A stretch of 64,000 nucleotides of DNA. Source: Piromyces finnis finn. Lineage: Eukaryota > Fungi > Neocallimastigomycota. Below, piece after piece: positions 1 to 14,922 of the stretch; position 1 is the first letter of the stretch, and each line of letters starts with the position of its first letter. The notes below the pieces were generated by a model. The model saw nothing but the letters and a program-made list of their open reading frames with translations. It was not told the DNA's origin and did no database searches. Both the position numbers and the translations under genes were made by a program. The stretch spans positions 62,001-126,000 of the forward strand of contig MCFH01000026.1 of NCBI GenBank assembly GCA_002104945.1, read 5' to 3'.

Positions 1-400
1 ATTTTTTAATAATAATTTTAATTAAAATTTTATTAATTTTTCAAATTCTTCTAATTATTAATTTTAATTATATATAAAAAAAAAGATACCAAAAAAAATT
101 GTTTTTTACTTTTTTTTTTTGATTCAAATTATTTCGGAGTTTGGTAGTTGTAATTATATGTAAAAGCGGATAATCTGTTAAAACGTTATATTATTACTGA
201 AATAAAATTATAATTTTTGTGTATATAATTTTATTACATACAAATTATTATTTTTAATTAAATTTTAATTAACTATAATATTTTTTTTATTTTAAATTCT
301 AAACTTTTATAAAAGAAGAGTTTTTTTTTTTTTATAATTTTGAAAAATAATATATAAAATAGTAAAAATAAAAATAGGAAAACTTTTATAATAGGCATTA

Positions 401-2704
401 ATGTTAGAAATGTCGAGTGCAATGAATGTTAATGATTCATTAAATGATATTGATGATGATGATATTAATAATGAAATTTACAATACAAATGAAAATAATA
501 AAGAACAAAGTATATATGTATATTAGACAAAGATATAAAATGAAATATAACGTATTAACGACGATATAATACTTAATAATAAAAATATTTTTAATGTATA
601 TATAGGAGAATCAAATGTACCATTAACTACAGGTAATCTTATTCCAAGATTTATAAGAAAGTAATATTTCTATTAATATTTTCTTTTTTTTTTTTTTTAA
701 ATTAAAATATAATAAAATAATATTAATATTTCTTTCCATATAACATTATTTTTGGAATATTAATACTAAGTTGATATATATATATAAATAATTTTTATAT
801 ATTTTATTTAAAATAAAGTGAACCTGCATCAGCATTAGCCATTGCTTTTTCACAAAATGATGAATTTATTGCAGTTGCATTAGCTAATAGTGTTATTAAG
901 GTAGTTGAAAAATCTTATTATAATAATATTACATATTGCAACATTTACATATGTATTAATTTATTATACATTAAAACTAATAAAATTATATATATATTTA
1001 TAATTTATAAATAAAAAAATAAAAAAGGTTTATGAATCTTCGACAGGGGCATTAGTTTCATCTCTTGGTTATCCAAAAACAAATAATGAAGGTTATAGTG
1101 TTCCATGTACATCATTATCATTTAGAAATGTTGATGGATCAGGGAAAAGAGCAAAAAATGTGTTAATTGCAGGATGTAAATAATTTTATTTAGTTACCCT
1201 ATAATATATATTAATATAATTTCAAAAGTATAATAAATTTAACCTTTAACAATTATTTTGTACAATACTATTATATTATATGATTTACTTTAAATTTCAT
1301 TGAAAATTATTATTAATTAATAATAATAAAAAAAAAAGATGCAAGTGGTGCAACTATTCATTGGCATGTTACTTCTGGTCAAGCACTTCAAATGAATATT
1401 GAACGAAACAATCAAATTCATTGCGTATCTTATAATAAACATGGAAGAATGTATTGTACTGCTGGAAGTGATTTTCATGTTAGAGTATATGATGCAACAA
1501 CAACTAATCTTCTTTATGATATGTTTGCAGGGTAAATTTAATAATATTTACAGTGCCATTATTAATTTAATAAAAATTAAATTGTTTCAACAAAAAATAA
1601 TTTAATGGATAAATTATATATATTTAATATAAATATGAAAATATATTTGTTTAATTACCTATATATGACAATGATTAAATGAATTTATAATTATAATTAT
1701 ATATATATATATTTATGGATGTAAAAATTATATATACAGTAAAGATGGATATACATCAGGACATTCAAATAAGATTTTTTCTGTAAAGTTTCATTCAAAA
1801 GATCCAAATATTTTATTATCTGGTGGATGGGATAATACTATTCAAGTAATTTATTATCTTTTATTTAATTTTTTTTTAATCGATCCTAACCCTAATATAA
1901 ATATGAATCTAGATTTGGGATTGTAGATTAAAATACTCAATAAGAAGTATATATGGTCCACATATTTGTGGTGATTCATTAGATATAAATAATGAAGGAG
2001 ATTGTATCATATCAGGATCTTACTCAAAAGAAACACCACTACAAGTTAATATTATAAATTTATTATTAAGTTTTTAAAAAAAATCTATTATGAGAAATGC
2101 TAAAATATATTTAATTATATAATATTGGTCATTATATGTATATTATTAAAAAAATAATAATAATAATTTTTATTAAAGTTTTGGGATTTCAAAACATGTA
2201 AACTTCGTGAAGAAATTATATGGGCATCATCATTTAAACGTCGTTCTTTATTATATTCAGCTCATTTTAGTCATGCTGATAATCCAAATTATTTTTATGC
2301 TGGTGGAAGTAATATAAATGAAGCAAGAGTATACAGTATAGAAACAAATAAGGTAAAATATATAATTTTCTCTTATAAGAGATGCTATTAAATATTTAAA
2401 TTTTTTTTTTTAAGAAAAAAAAAAAAAAAAAACTTATTTTGAATGATAACATTTTTTATTAATATATATATATATTTAAAAAAAAAAAAAAATAAATCAC
2501 TAGTGTCTTGGATCAGCTTATGGATTTGAAAAGCCAGTATATTGTTTAGCTATGTCAAAAAATGAAAAAATACTTGCTTTAGGAGATGGTGATAATCATT
2601 TCTATTATTATAGTATAGATCCCAGCCTATTAGAAGAAGAAAAAGAAGAATTGAGAAAAGTTAATGAAGCGGATACATTATCACACTATTTTGATAAAAA
2701 ATAA
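401..2704 (+). CDS. Multi-exon WD40-repeat (beta-propeller) protein
   Basis: About 9 GT-AG exons spliced by eye from ATG 401 to TAA 2702-2704. They give WD-type segments such as YCTAGSDFHVRVYD, GHSNKIFSVKFHSKDPNILLSGGWDNTIQIWD, SIYGPHICGDSLDI and LQFWDFKT. Track ORF 1399..1605 is an out-of-frame overlap. Confidence 0.85.
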
Positions 2705-3040
2705 ATATTTTTTATAGATCATTTTTATTTCTATTCTATTATTTCATAACACATTATATATAAAAAATTATTTTATTTATTTTTATTCAAATTACGTATT
2801 ATAAAATTATGGTAAATTAAAAAGTAATTATCCAATATACAATATACCAATATCAAAATATTACATTAGTCATATCTACTAATTTTAAATTATTTTTATT
2901 CAATAAATATTTGATTATTAATAATTTATTGGTTAATGATAATTTTTATTATAATTTTAAAGCTGTTTTAAAATCATTGTGTTACATATTTTTTTAAAAG
3001 ACCATTATATATAGTAATGAAAGAAAGAAAAAAAATATTA

Positions 3041-6000
3041 TTAGAAATTAGGTTCCAATAAGGAATAAATATGTTGAACCAATTCATTGACATTTTTGTT
3101 TTTCTTTAAGATTTTTTCTATTATCCAATAGCTAATAAAGTCAACTTCCTCATTTTCTTGTTTAGTTTCATTTGCAAGAAAGTTAATGAAAAAGTTTTCT
3201 ATTTTTTCTAAATCATTTTTATTATACAAGTTAGTTAATGTTAAATTTATAATTAAAGCAAGATTTATAGTATATCCTAAAGTTTCTACAAATAATTTGA
3301 AATTATTCATAAGCCATGTAATTAAACTATTATGAATTGTAATAATTTCACCAGGTTCTATGACTCTCTCAGATAACTGAATTAATACCCTCTTCATAAT
3401 ATATACTGAGTTTTTAAGTTCAACTTCATTATTTTGATTTTTAGCTAAAACTAATTTTTCCTTTAACTGATCAAGCATATCTAAAATATTCATAATTGAA
3501 AATTTCATAACAATTTTTTCAATAATTAGATTTATATGAAAATCATCAATTTGATCTTTATTTTCTTTCATAAAATTGGCAATATAATCTTTTTCAAGGT
3601 TTTCATTAATTTCAGATGTATAGGTGTTGATTCTCAACCATGTTTTATAAGGAATAAGATCTTTGTTTTCTTCATTATTTATGATATAATCCTTTGTATC
3701 CTTTATTATTCTGATAGTATTAAAACATATAATTATAGAAAAACATTATTTAAATATTATTTATATATTTGGATAATGGTTTCAGTTGTTTATAGATGCT
3801 ATAAAAATAATAGAATATCAAAATTACCTTATGTCACTTATTTTTAAGCACTCAATTAATATTGAACTATTTAATGAAAGATTATCACTTATATTTTTAC
3901 CTTTGACTTGATTATAAATATTATAGATAATATCATTTCTAAATGTTTTAATTTTTTCTATAAATGAAGTATGACTTCCATCTTCATAGATACTATAAAC
4001 CTTCAATATTTTATTTATCGTTTCTATTAATTCTAATGATAAACTAATATTTAAATTAATTTACATAAGTTATAGTATATATATACGTATAAATAAAAGT
4101 TAATGTTAATATTATATATATTATATGTTAAAAAAAAAAAAAAAAAAAGAAAACTTACGTGATATCTGAAGATTTACTTAATTGTTCAATAATTTTTAAA
4201 TGATTATTTATAATATCATTTTCATTTTCTTCAAAGGTTGCCCTAAGATCCCGACTTTTCAAAACAAAATATTTCATAAATAATTTATTATCATCCCAAA
4301 TTCTATATTTATCAATTAGTGAAAGACTATTATGATGACTTAATATATTACAAAGAATTTGATTTGGATAAATTATTCTATAGAAAGAAGAAGATTTTTC
4401 ATTTATAATATAAAAGAAACCTGTTTCTTTTTTATTATCTTTTTTAACTAAAGGAACATTAATTACTTGTTCAAATTTATTTAATAATTCAATATATGAA
4501 AATTTATTGATAATATTTCCAGTTTGAGTATCATACTCGTATAAATTTATAAATATTGGAATTCTTCTTGGTTCTCTAGAATATTGATTTTGATATTCAT
4601 AAAATTCATATTCTTCTTCTTTTGGGTAAATACTTGGTAATTGTTGTAAATGAATTGCTAATTTATTTTTTTTAATATTATATTCTTCATCTAAAATTTT
4701 TATTATTGGATAACCTTTAGCTTTCGATATCCAAAATTCAAAGATATTTGCCATTGTATATTTATCAAACTGGTTTATAAAGCATCTAAAAAATTCGCCT
4801 TCTTTAACAGATCTATTTTCATACCTTTTTATAAATTCTCTTAATGTATCTTTAATGTCATATAATTCTATTTCAATATCTTCATCCATATTCATTTCAA
4901 TATCTTCTTCTTCTTCTTCTTCTTCTGCATCTTCTTCATAAAAATATTCTATATTATTATATATGGTATACATATCTAAAAACATTTTTATTATTGAAAT
5001 TCCTGAAAAAACTTGGGATTCATCAATAATATTCTTTAAAAATGCATCATATTCCTTTCTTGGAGGTGATAGCAATTTCATTGAATCAAGCGCATGTATT
5101 ATATAATGTTTATAGAATTCATATTCCATATCATATTCAAAATTCATCTTTGATTCTTTCAAAGCAAGTAAGGCAATATTAGTAGCCAATGCTTCAAAAA
5201 ACCAATATTCAGTTAAATCGGATGGTGAAATCATATTTCTTATCCACTAAATAAAATAACAAATATTTTATTTTATAATATAATCAAGGGGGGAGGAATT
5301 AAATATTTATATTGTATTTTATATGATAAATAAAAAAGTTATAATAATATATGTAATAGTAAATATTTACACGTATTGTATTAATGACTTACAGTTTTAG
5401 CAATTTCTTGAGATAAACTGAAAATAAAAGTTGGATTATTAATTAAAATTGTATAATCAGTATTTTGATTTATGACTTTATTAAATTTTTCCTTATTGAA
5501 AATATGTAAACCCAAAGTTCCACTTCCCATGAAAATAGATGAATTTCTTTCGATTTCTCTTGTATATGTTTCATAATTTGGAAGAAGAAATATATCAATC
5601 TTTTTATTTATATATTCTTTTTTGATATATTGCTCCTGGAAGTATAATATTTGTTCAGTGATCAAAAGAATATTTTCATATTGCTTTAATTCAATTGGTT
5701 GAACAGAGTATAAACGAATAGGTAATTTTTCTGTTTTAAGGCATATTTCAGATAAACGTTCAATATAATTAAACTCACCAATAATAAGCTCTATATTCTT
5801 TTTAAAATAAATAATATATAAATTTTATTTTAAATATATAAATATAATAATATAATAATGAATTATTTTAATAGATTCTTATGCTTACAATTGTAGATAT
5901 TGGTATAGTTGTTTCAAATTCAATTGTTTTTAATTGTGTGTCATCATTGGATGTAATTGTTTTAATTTCGGAGTTAAATAGTGCATTCATTGAATTTGGA

Positions 6001-6287
6001 ATTTCCAAGGAAAGATTTACAGGAACCTTAAGACTTGGAAAATCCCAACAAGGAAATATCCTATATAAATAAAAAATAACAATTAAAAAAACAGGAACAT
6101 AATAATAATACATTAAATTTAAATAATTTGATTTATTATACATTTATTTTAATAATTGCTTATTTGTTTAAATACATTTCTATTTATAAATTATATTATT
6201 ATTATTACCTTCTAGAATTTGAATATAAACATTTTGTGTAATATATATTCCTATTGATATTTTCAATAAATATTTTATTTAGATTAA

Positions 6288-6322
<35 letters not shown>

Positions 6323-7084
6323 TATCAGAAATGTAATTTTGAAATTTGTTTTGGTAAAAAATTTATGTATTTTATTTACTTTTTTTCATTATTTGGTGTT
6401 ATATAACTATCTTTAACAAATCCGACGGTTTCTTCGTATTTATCATGAAATTCATTATTAATAAAACCTGTATACTCTAATATTAATATTGGTTTTTGAT
6501 TTTTATAAAAATGCTCATTAAATTCTAATGATATGGTTTCAAAAAAGTCATCATTTATAACATTGGAGGGTTTTATTCTTTTGTATATAATATTAATTGT
6601 TATATAAAATTAGGATTATATTAATAATTATATTTATAATTATATTAAAAATAATATATGTCAAGAATAAAATATATGTAAGAATACAAACTCTTGAGAA
6701 TCATCTTGTATTAATACTTTAACATTTGTAATTTGCAAGTTGGCAGAATGAAATTTTATTACATTTGTTTCATTCAAAACTATTAATCTATTGACAAATG
6801 AATAAATTTATTAATAAGTTTGTTTTTTTTTTTTTTTTTTTCTTTTCTTTCTCTTTCTCTTTCACATTTTTAAAAATTTTATACTATTATTTATAAACTA
6901 TTTTTAATATTTACGGAATTTCAATTCTTCCAAAGAAGACATTTCTATCAAAATTTGGTTTTATAACCAATTGATATAACGTTGGTAATATACTTTTTTC
7001 AGAAATATCATATAAAGACTGATAATTAATTTTTTTTTGTGGAACTAGAATATTTTTAATTTTATATTTATTAGCAGTTGTCAT
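3041..7084 (-). CDS. M1-family (puromycin-sensitive/Ape2-like) aminopeptidase homologue with degenerate active site, multi-exon
   Basis: Spliced product starts MTTANK...ILPTLYQLVIKPNFDRNVFFGRIEI. It contains TKCLYSNSRRIFPCWDFP (cf. TQFEPTDARRAFPCWDEP), KIDIFLLPNY, QEIAKTWIRNMISPSDLTEYWFFEALA (HEXXH-x18-E position), AKGYPIIKI and SFYRIIY, with an ERAP1-like helical C-terminus ending at 3041. Confidence 0.85.
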
Positions 7085-7287
7085 TTTTGTTTTATTTTAT
7101 TTATATTTATTTAATAAATCGAAAATAAAATAAAAAAGATAAAACTTTTATATAATTAATTTGTGTATCAACATCAAATTTTTCATAAATATTTAATAAA
7201 TCTTAGTGTAACCATCATAAACAAAAATACATCAAAAATATAAAAAAAATAAAACATATATATATATAAATTAATAATACATATTAA

Positions 7288-7344
<57 letters not shown>

Positions 7345-7539
7345 TTTATTAAAATATTTATCTTTATACATATATATTTTTTAAAAGTATATATATTAAT
7401 AAAAAATAATCATTAATTCTTATTGTTTAAATGGTATATATATTATCATTTTAGTAACTTTGGAGAATCGTTCTTTATAATATAAATGTCTATGTTCTAT
7501 TTCTATTATTAAATTAAAATATATAAGCTCATTATTAGC

Positions 7540-8349
7540 TTATTCATTATCATTATTCTTATTCTTATCCTTTGAATTATTAGAATCATTATTATTGTTA
7601 TTATCCTTCTTTTTATCATCATTCTTCTTTTGTATAACTTGTGAAGTCTTTATACAAATAATATTATTATCATATGTTATAAGATCATCTTCACCAAGCT
7701 TCAGTTTCAATATATATAGAGGCAATGTTAATTAGTTTATACTCATTTTATATAGAATACATATTTAAAATTTATTATTATATAATTTCATTATTTTCCC
7801 CTTTTTTAACTTACTCTTATATTTCCTATAGTTTCAGCATATTGATAATATTTATCTAATTCAGGATGAATAATTCTGGCAAATTCACGAACTGTTGTAC
7901 CTCCTGGTACTAACAAACAATCACTAAATACAGCCTTAGTACCACTATAAAAATTTATTTAGAATATTAATATTATTATATTTTTATAATAATAATAAAA
8001 TTGTTGTTGTTTAGTATAATCATAGAATCACTATACATACAATCTACCCGATGAGAAGTTGTTAACATTTTTAACTGGGAAGACTGGAATAACATTAAGA
8101 CACTTGACAGCTTTTCTAATACATTCGACAACACCAGTATTACCATATCTGAATAAAACCATATCTTGAACCTTTTCTAAACGGCTAATTTAAAAAGTAA
8201 TAATATAATTGAAATCACATTAATATAGTTAATTATAATAATAATAATTATTATTATAATGGTATTATTTATATTGTAATAAAAAAAGTACAAACTTTCT
8301 TGTTTTATCATCGAGAGTTTTTAACTTTTCTTCTGGTGATGGGTCAACC

Positions 8350-8418
<69 letters not shown>

Positions 8419-9971
8419 ATTTTTTATAATCAAATTACTTGATCTTCAGCTAAATCAAAGAATTCGGTTCCTTCATAATATTTAATGAACTTTTGTTTAT
8501 CTAATTTACGTAAGAAACATTCAGCTAATGCACTAGTCAATACAACTCTTTCCTTTTGTTTATATATATAAATAATAATTTTAATATTTCAATAATGAAT
8601 CTATTTAAAAAAATTATATATATATATTATATAATAAAAAGTTTCTTTTTTTTATTTTATTTTACCTCACCATATTTTCTACAAATCTTTTCAATATTTT
8701 TTCCTGATTCTGGTAAATCAATCTTATTTAATGCCTTTATATATTGATAAAATAATAAATAATTTGTTTGAATAATTTAAAAAAAAAATTTTTTTTTTTA
8801 AGTACAAAGAAAATATTTAAATGATGTTTAATATACTTACAACAATTGTTGGGAAACGTTCATCTAAGAAAGCTTCAACAACTTTATGTAAGGTTTCGTC
8901 ATCCCAATTTTCTAATGGTTCTTTTAATCCTAATTTATCCATAAATCTTCCTACTAATTTAGCATTTGTACCGTAACCACAAAGTTGGTTGGTTAAAGTT
9001 TCAACAGCATTACATTCTTTAAAAAATTTTTTTTAAAGAATTAGTTTCATTTCTAATTCCATTTTTATTTATATATTATATTTGTAGACATACTTAAAGC
9101 TTTGTGTCTTCTAACAATACCAACCCATTTCTTCTTTAAATTATTGTATACCCAACTATAATATTATATGGTTAATTAGTTAAACTACATTTAGATTTAT
9201 ATATATTATTAATAAATATAATATGTTTTGTTTAATAAATAATTACTTGTGAATTTCTGAATGAAGCCAATCAATATCATTAATTGGATCGTATCCAGTT
9301 GTTACTTTTCCATTTTGGTCAGTTGTACCAGAGACATCAACAACATGAATTAATACATCAGCACCTCTTAAATCATCTAAAAATTGATTTCCGAGACCCT
9401 TTATGATAATATTTTATATATATTAATCGATAAATAATTCCCAATAAACCATTAAATTTTTGGTATAAATTTAAATAATATTAATTACTTCTCCTTCAGA
9501 AGCACCTGGAACTAAACCAGCAACATCTAACATTTCAATTGGTAAAAATCTTGCACCATCGACACATTTTCCTTAAAATTTTAATATTTAATAATTTTTG
9601 AAATTCAAAATTACATTTCTTTAATTTTTTTTTTTTAAAAAAAAAAAAAATCTTTTAAATAATATTATATATACCATATTTTGGTTGACAAAATTCTTCT
9701 TTATGGTATTTTTTACATGGACAATCAATTTGGTAATAAGTAATACCATGATTTGGTTTAATTGTAGTGAAAGGATAATTACCAACTTTAGCTACAGCAT
9801 CGGTAGCTTTATAAAAATGATTATTGAAATTTCATTAATTAAATATAGATGCATTATTCAATATTGATAATATAAATTTCTTTTTCATATATATATACCA
9901 GAATTTAAAAATGAAGATTTTCCGGCAGATGGTTTTCCTACTACACCAATAACAAAATTTCCAACACCCAT
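7540..9971 (-). CDS. Obg-family GTPase, Ygr210/archaeal-type subfamily, multi-exon
   Basis: G1 [13 protein letters not shown]2 [13 protein letters not shown]...C insert, G3 [44 protein letters not shown]4 LNKID, and a C-terminal TGS-like region. Closely resembles yeast YGR210C from memory. Confidence 0.9.
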
Positions 9972-11189
9972 AATTTAACTAATCTTTAAAAAATTAATGA
10001 AAGATAATATAATTAATTTTAAATTTTGGATTAAAAATATATTTTTAAAATATCTTGATTTTTAAATTATTTTTTTATAATATATATTTGCATATACAAA
10101 TATATCTGTGAGTAATACAAAATTAATAATTAAAAAATAGAATTATTATTATTATTTATAATTATAATTATTATTATTATTAAAATTATCATTTATACAT
10201 GATTTTTGGATTACTAATTTATTTTTTTTTTTATTTTTTAAATGAATTTATTTATTTATTTATTTATTCGTTGTATAACAATTTAATATTAATAAAAAAA
10301 ATACCTTATACTAATGTTATTTTTATAATGAAAAGATTTTAATGTTTTATTGTAATTTACAAATAAATTTATATAAAAAAAACAATTAAAAAAAAAAAAA
10401 AAAATTCAAATAATTATCGAGTAAATAATCCAATAAATTTAAAATATATTGATTTAACTTTGTTATAAAAATTTTAATAAAAAATGAAGGATCAAATATT
10501 CTATTTAATTATTTAATCATCAATAATAATATAAATCAAAAAATATTGAATATAAATAATACCTTTTTTTTTTAATTATTGTAGATCATACTTCTCAAAC
10601 TGATTTCTTACTAAATTATAAAAGTTTTCAGAATTATACTAGTTTTTTCTTTTTTAGGTAATTGATTTTGTTTCCTCAGTATTAATGACCTAAAATCCAA
10701 TCCATATATTTATGATTACTTGTAACTGTACAATATTTCACATTTCCTCTCTATGTATCAGCTAATCATCATTCCATAATAGAGAACCCAAAATAAATAT
10801 AATTATTATATTTATATGTTAATAAGTTTTTGGTTAATTTCTATTTTTTATAATTTATTATATAATTATATTTAATTTATATAAAATTATAATATTTATT
10901 ATAATTTTATAGTATGTTCGCTTGTTTTGTTATAATTAAAATATGATAGAATTAATATTATTATTTTAAAAAATATTACATTTCTTATTATCATCTTATA
11001 TAACCCCTGTATGATTGTATTTATAACCATATACAACGATTATTTGCATTCATAATAAATATACAACCTTCTTATACATCATATAAATATCTTCAAACTA
11101 AGCTACTGAAAATACAATTATAACCCAATCTTTATCCAAATCAATATTCAATTACAAATTTTATATCACATAATTATTATAATAAAATC

Positions 11190-11350
11190 TATTTGGTCAA
11201 TTGTAATAATAGCAATATAAATCAAAGTAATAATACCATATTTGAATAATTAATATTAATATATTTGGTCAATTGTAATAATAGCATAAAACAAATTTGT
11301 AATATAAATCAAAGTAATAATACACCATATTTAAATAATTAATATTAATA
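11190..11350. repeat. Short imperfect tandem duplication (72-bp unit; second copy about 89 bp with an insertion)
   Basis: tatttggtcaattgtaataatagca...aatataaatcaaagtaataata...ccatattt.aataattaatattaata occurs at about 11190 and again at about 11262. Confidence 0.8.
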
Positions 11351-14300
11351 AATAATTATCTATTTTCATTATTTATATTATTTATAGGTACATTGTTATA
11401 CGAATCAGTTAAAAATTCATTCATTATAAATAATTAGAATAAAAATCATCACGTGTATATATAAATAAGGATAACACGAGTTATTCATATTTTTATGATT
11501 TATGTAATTTTTTCTATGTTAAATATAGCAATATAGTAATTTTTAATTACTAATATTAATATTACTTTTTATAAATTTAATGTTATTATTAGAAACTTAT
11601 AAATATTGCCTTATTGATACACTCTATTTTATAGAGTATATTTTATTGTTTATATAATGTTTTATAGAGCATGGTATTTTATAAACAATAATCAAGATTA
11701 AATAGCACACTTTAAATTAATGATAGACTTAACAAAAACGATTAATAGATATTTAAACAATATTAATTACATTTTTATATTTTATTAAAATTTATATTTA
11801 AAAGTACATTTTAGTCAATGAAAAAAGATTATCAATAAGATTTACTACTTAAAAATAGAAAGTAATATTCAGCCACAAAATATATATTATACTAATTTTG
11901 TTACAATATAACAAGCCATGTTATAACTTTAATTAATTTAATATAAAAGTAGGCAATAAATATTAATTGAAATTTTAATACTTATGTATGAACTTAATTA
12001 TTAGTAATTAGATTGACTACTTTAAATCTACTAATTAAAAATTAATTTAATTTTTTATATTAAATATTAAATTAATTAATATATATATTAAATATTAAGG
12101 TATTAATTAATTAAGTTTTTAATACATTTTTTTAAAAAATTATATTAAATTAGTTTTAATTATTTTTAAAAAGAAAACTTATTAAAAATATTTTTTTATA
12201 CTATTAATTGTAAAGATTCTAGGTAATTTTTTTTAATAAAAAAAAAAAAAGAATTAATAATATATTAGTATAATTTTATATTAAACCATAATTTTATGTC
12301 TTATTACATATTATGATATAATATTTTTAATCTATTTTAGTTATTGAATTAGACCTCTTAATATTATATATTTATTTAATGCTTCATCTTTCCATTTATT
12401 TTAAATATTAAATAAAGTAAATTATACAATTATATCAAGTTTTTATGTTAAAATTTTAATAAATTTTATTAAATCTACTAAACTTTATGTAACCTTTTTT
12501 TTTTTATTGTTCCTTTTTTGTAGAATTATTTATATCTAATTACTTGGCTTTCAAATAGGATATTCATTAGCACTTAATATATAGAGCATATATTAAAATA
12601 ATTTATTCATTTAAATTTTATTTGATATTTTTTTATCTTTATCCTTATTATTACTATATAATATCACCCTTTTAATAGGATATTGTTAAAGGTACATAAA
12701 ATTAAAGGATGAATAAGCATAATAATTTTCATCAATCGTCATTTTCTTTCATTTTGAAATCATTATGAATAATATGAAGTATTATTCATAATATTTTCAA
12801 CCAAAGGTCCATTTGAAACATACTTTAAATATTATTTAATTCTTGACATTAAAAAAATAAAATATCCTTAAATATTCCTTTCATCTCTTTTGGTATTAGA
12901 AAAAGTTAAAGATACAAACTTTTTAATAATTATTAATTAAAAAAACATATTGTTTTTTTAATTCATCATGTTGTTCATTATTTAATATATTCAAGTTTGA
13001 GATTGTACCTCAAATATTATTATTAATTTTTTATAAAAGATGAATTTATCCTTTTATTACTCAATAATAATTATTTTGTCCTACATTTCACTAATATTAA
13101 TATAGTTGTATCTTTATTAATTATTAAGGTTTAATAGTAGTAAAAATAAAGAAATATTAATATCAAAATATGTTTAATAATTATTGGTATATTTTATTAT
13201 ACATTCATCATAATTCATTATCTAAAACAATTAATGAATATTTTAATTGAATAATTTCTTTGATATAAATAATATATTATAACAATATAATTAATATATA
13301 TAACATTATATTTGAAATTTTCTCTTAAATAAACATGAAAAGTGTAAACTATAAATCTTTTATAAATTTTTATTCCTAAAATCTATTATTATTTGTGGCG
13401 TATATTTACATTTATGTATATATGTAAGTATTATTTTATTGGAATTATTGATATTATTAATAGGTTTTAAATTAAATTTTAGAATAAAATGTATTAATGT
13501 TTTAAATATATAAAAATATAAAAAAAAAAAAACGATATTAAATTATTATTCAAAAATATAATGATGAATTAATATTTATCTTAGATTTTAGCTATGAAAT
13601 TTTCAAAAAAAAAAATGCAGAAAAAGGCCAAAATCTTGTTAAAATCTAGGAAAAGTATTAATAATTCATTGAACCTGAAATTATAATCAATTACTTCAAC
13701 CTATTGATTTTTACATTCTTTATAAATTTTTATAGAATGAGTGTTATTAAAAATAATATATTTTTATTTTGACAATAACATTTCATATTAAAGTTTAATA
13801 ATATTAAAAAAAGTTCACCAATTATAGAAAAATTTTATTGCCTATCTATGGGCTAACTTGGTTTAATGAATATCATAAAAAACTTCATTGAATGTATATT
13901 TTTATTATAAAAAATACCTTTTGTTCTTTGATAAAGTATAATTCCTATTATTTTTATTCTTTATACCAAAATAGACAATCCTACAATGAATTTTGAGTCA
14001 TAATAATAAATATTTTTATAAATTTTTAAGTTTAATGTTTATATTAAAATTAATATATAATAATAATATTAATATTTAAAAAAGATTAAGATTGTTTCCC
14101 CCTTAACAATATTTTAATAATTTATTTTTTTAACTATTATGTAAAAATTGACATTTTTAGATATATTAATTTTTATAAAGATTAATTTTTTTTTTAAGGA
14201 ATTATTATATATTTTGATTTTAAAAAATAGTATTATTATTAAGAGTTGTTTAATTTAGGTTTATAATTATGTCAACTTTATTAATATATTTTATGATAAA

Positions 14301-14922
14301 GAACTACTTGCGTTACATTCTTCTCAAACTACATGTATTTATACATTTACATTGTGGCTTAAATATATAATCAAATACAATATATACAAATACGTTTTAA
14401 TACATTTCAATACATTTGAATACATGTGACATAACGTTTCACATATTCTAACAATTATAATCTTTTTTTATATTAATGATGAAAATTTAATTTAACTTGT
14501 AACTTTAATTAATATTAAATATTATATTGATCATAATGACAAATTTTATTTTACCTTTTATTTATTTTATGGTAAGATAGTGTTTAAATAAATGTTAATT
14601 AAAAATTTAATTAGATATATATATATATTTTTTAATCCTAATTCAACGCTATTTAAAATTAATTATTTAACTTTAATATATATGAAAAAAAAACTTTATA
14701 ATATGATAATAAATACATAAATGATAATAATTTTTTTTATATAAAAAGAAAGCAAATCTCCCTTTACCATTACTTTTTTACTTTAACAAATAAAATAACT
14801 TTTTTGTGTAAATATTATTTTTTAAAATTAGTAAAATAGTAATATATTTAAATAATATTTGCTATCTTATTTATAAAAGTTATAAAATACTTTTTTATAT
14901 ATAAAATAAAAATATATACAAA

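Noticed and set aside
3041-7084. Assignment as TAF2 (a known inactive M1-fold protein)
   Set aside because: It retains Ape2/PSA-type blocks (RRIFPCWDFP, GYPII, FYRIIY, exact x18-E spacing) and lacks recognisable TAF2-specific sequence.
12540-13100. Possible decayed transposon or gene relic (slightly GC-richer tract)
   Set aside because: All frames have many stops and no recognisable transposase, RT or integrase motif.
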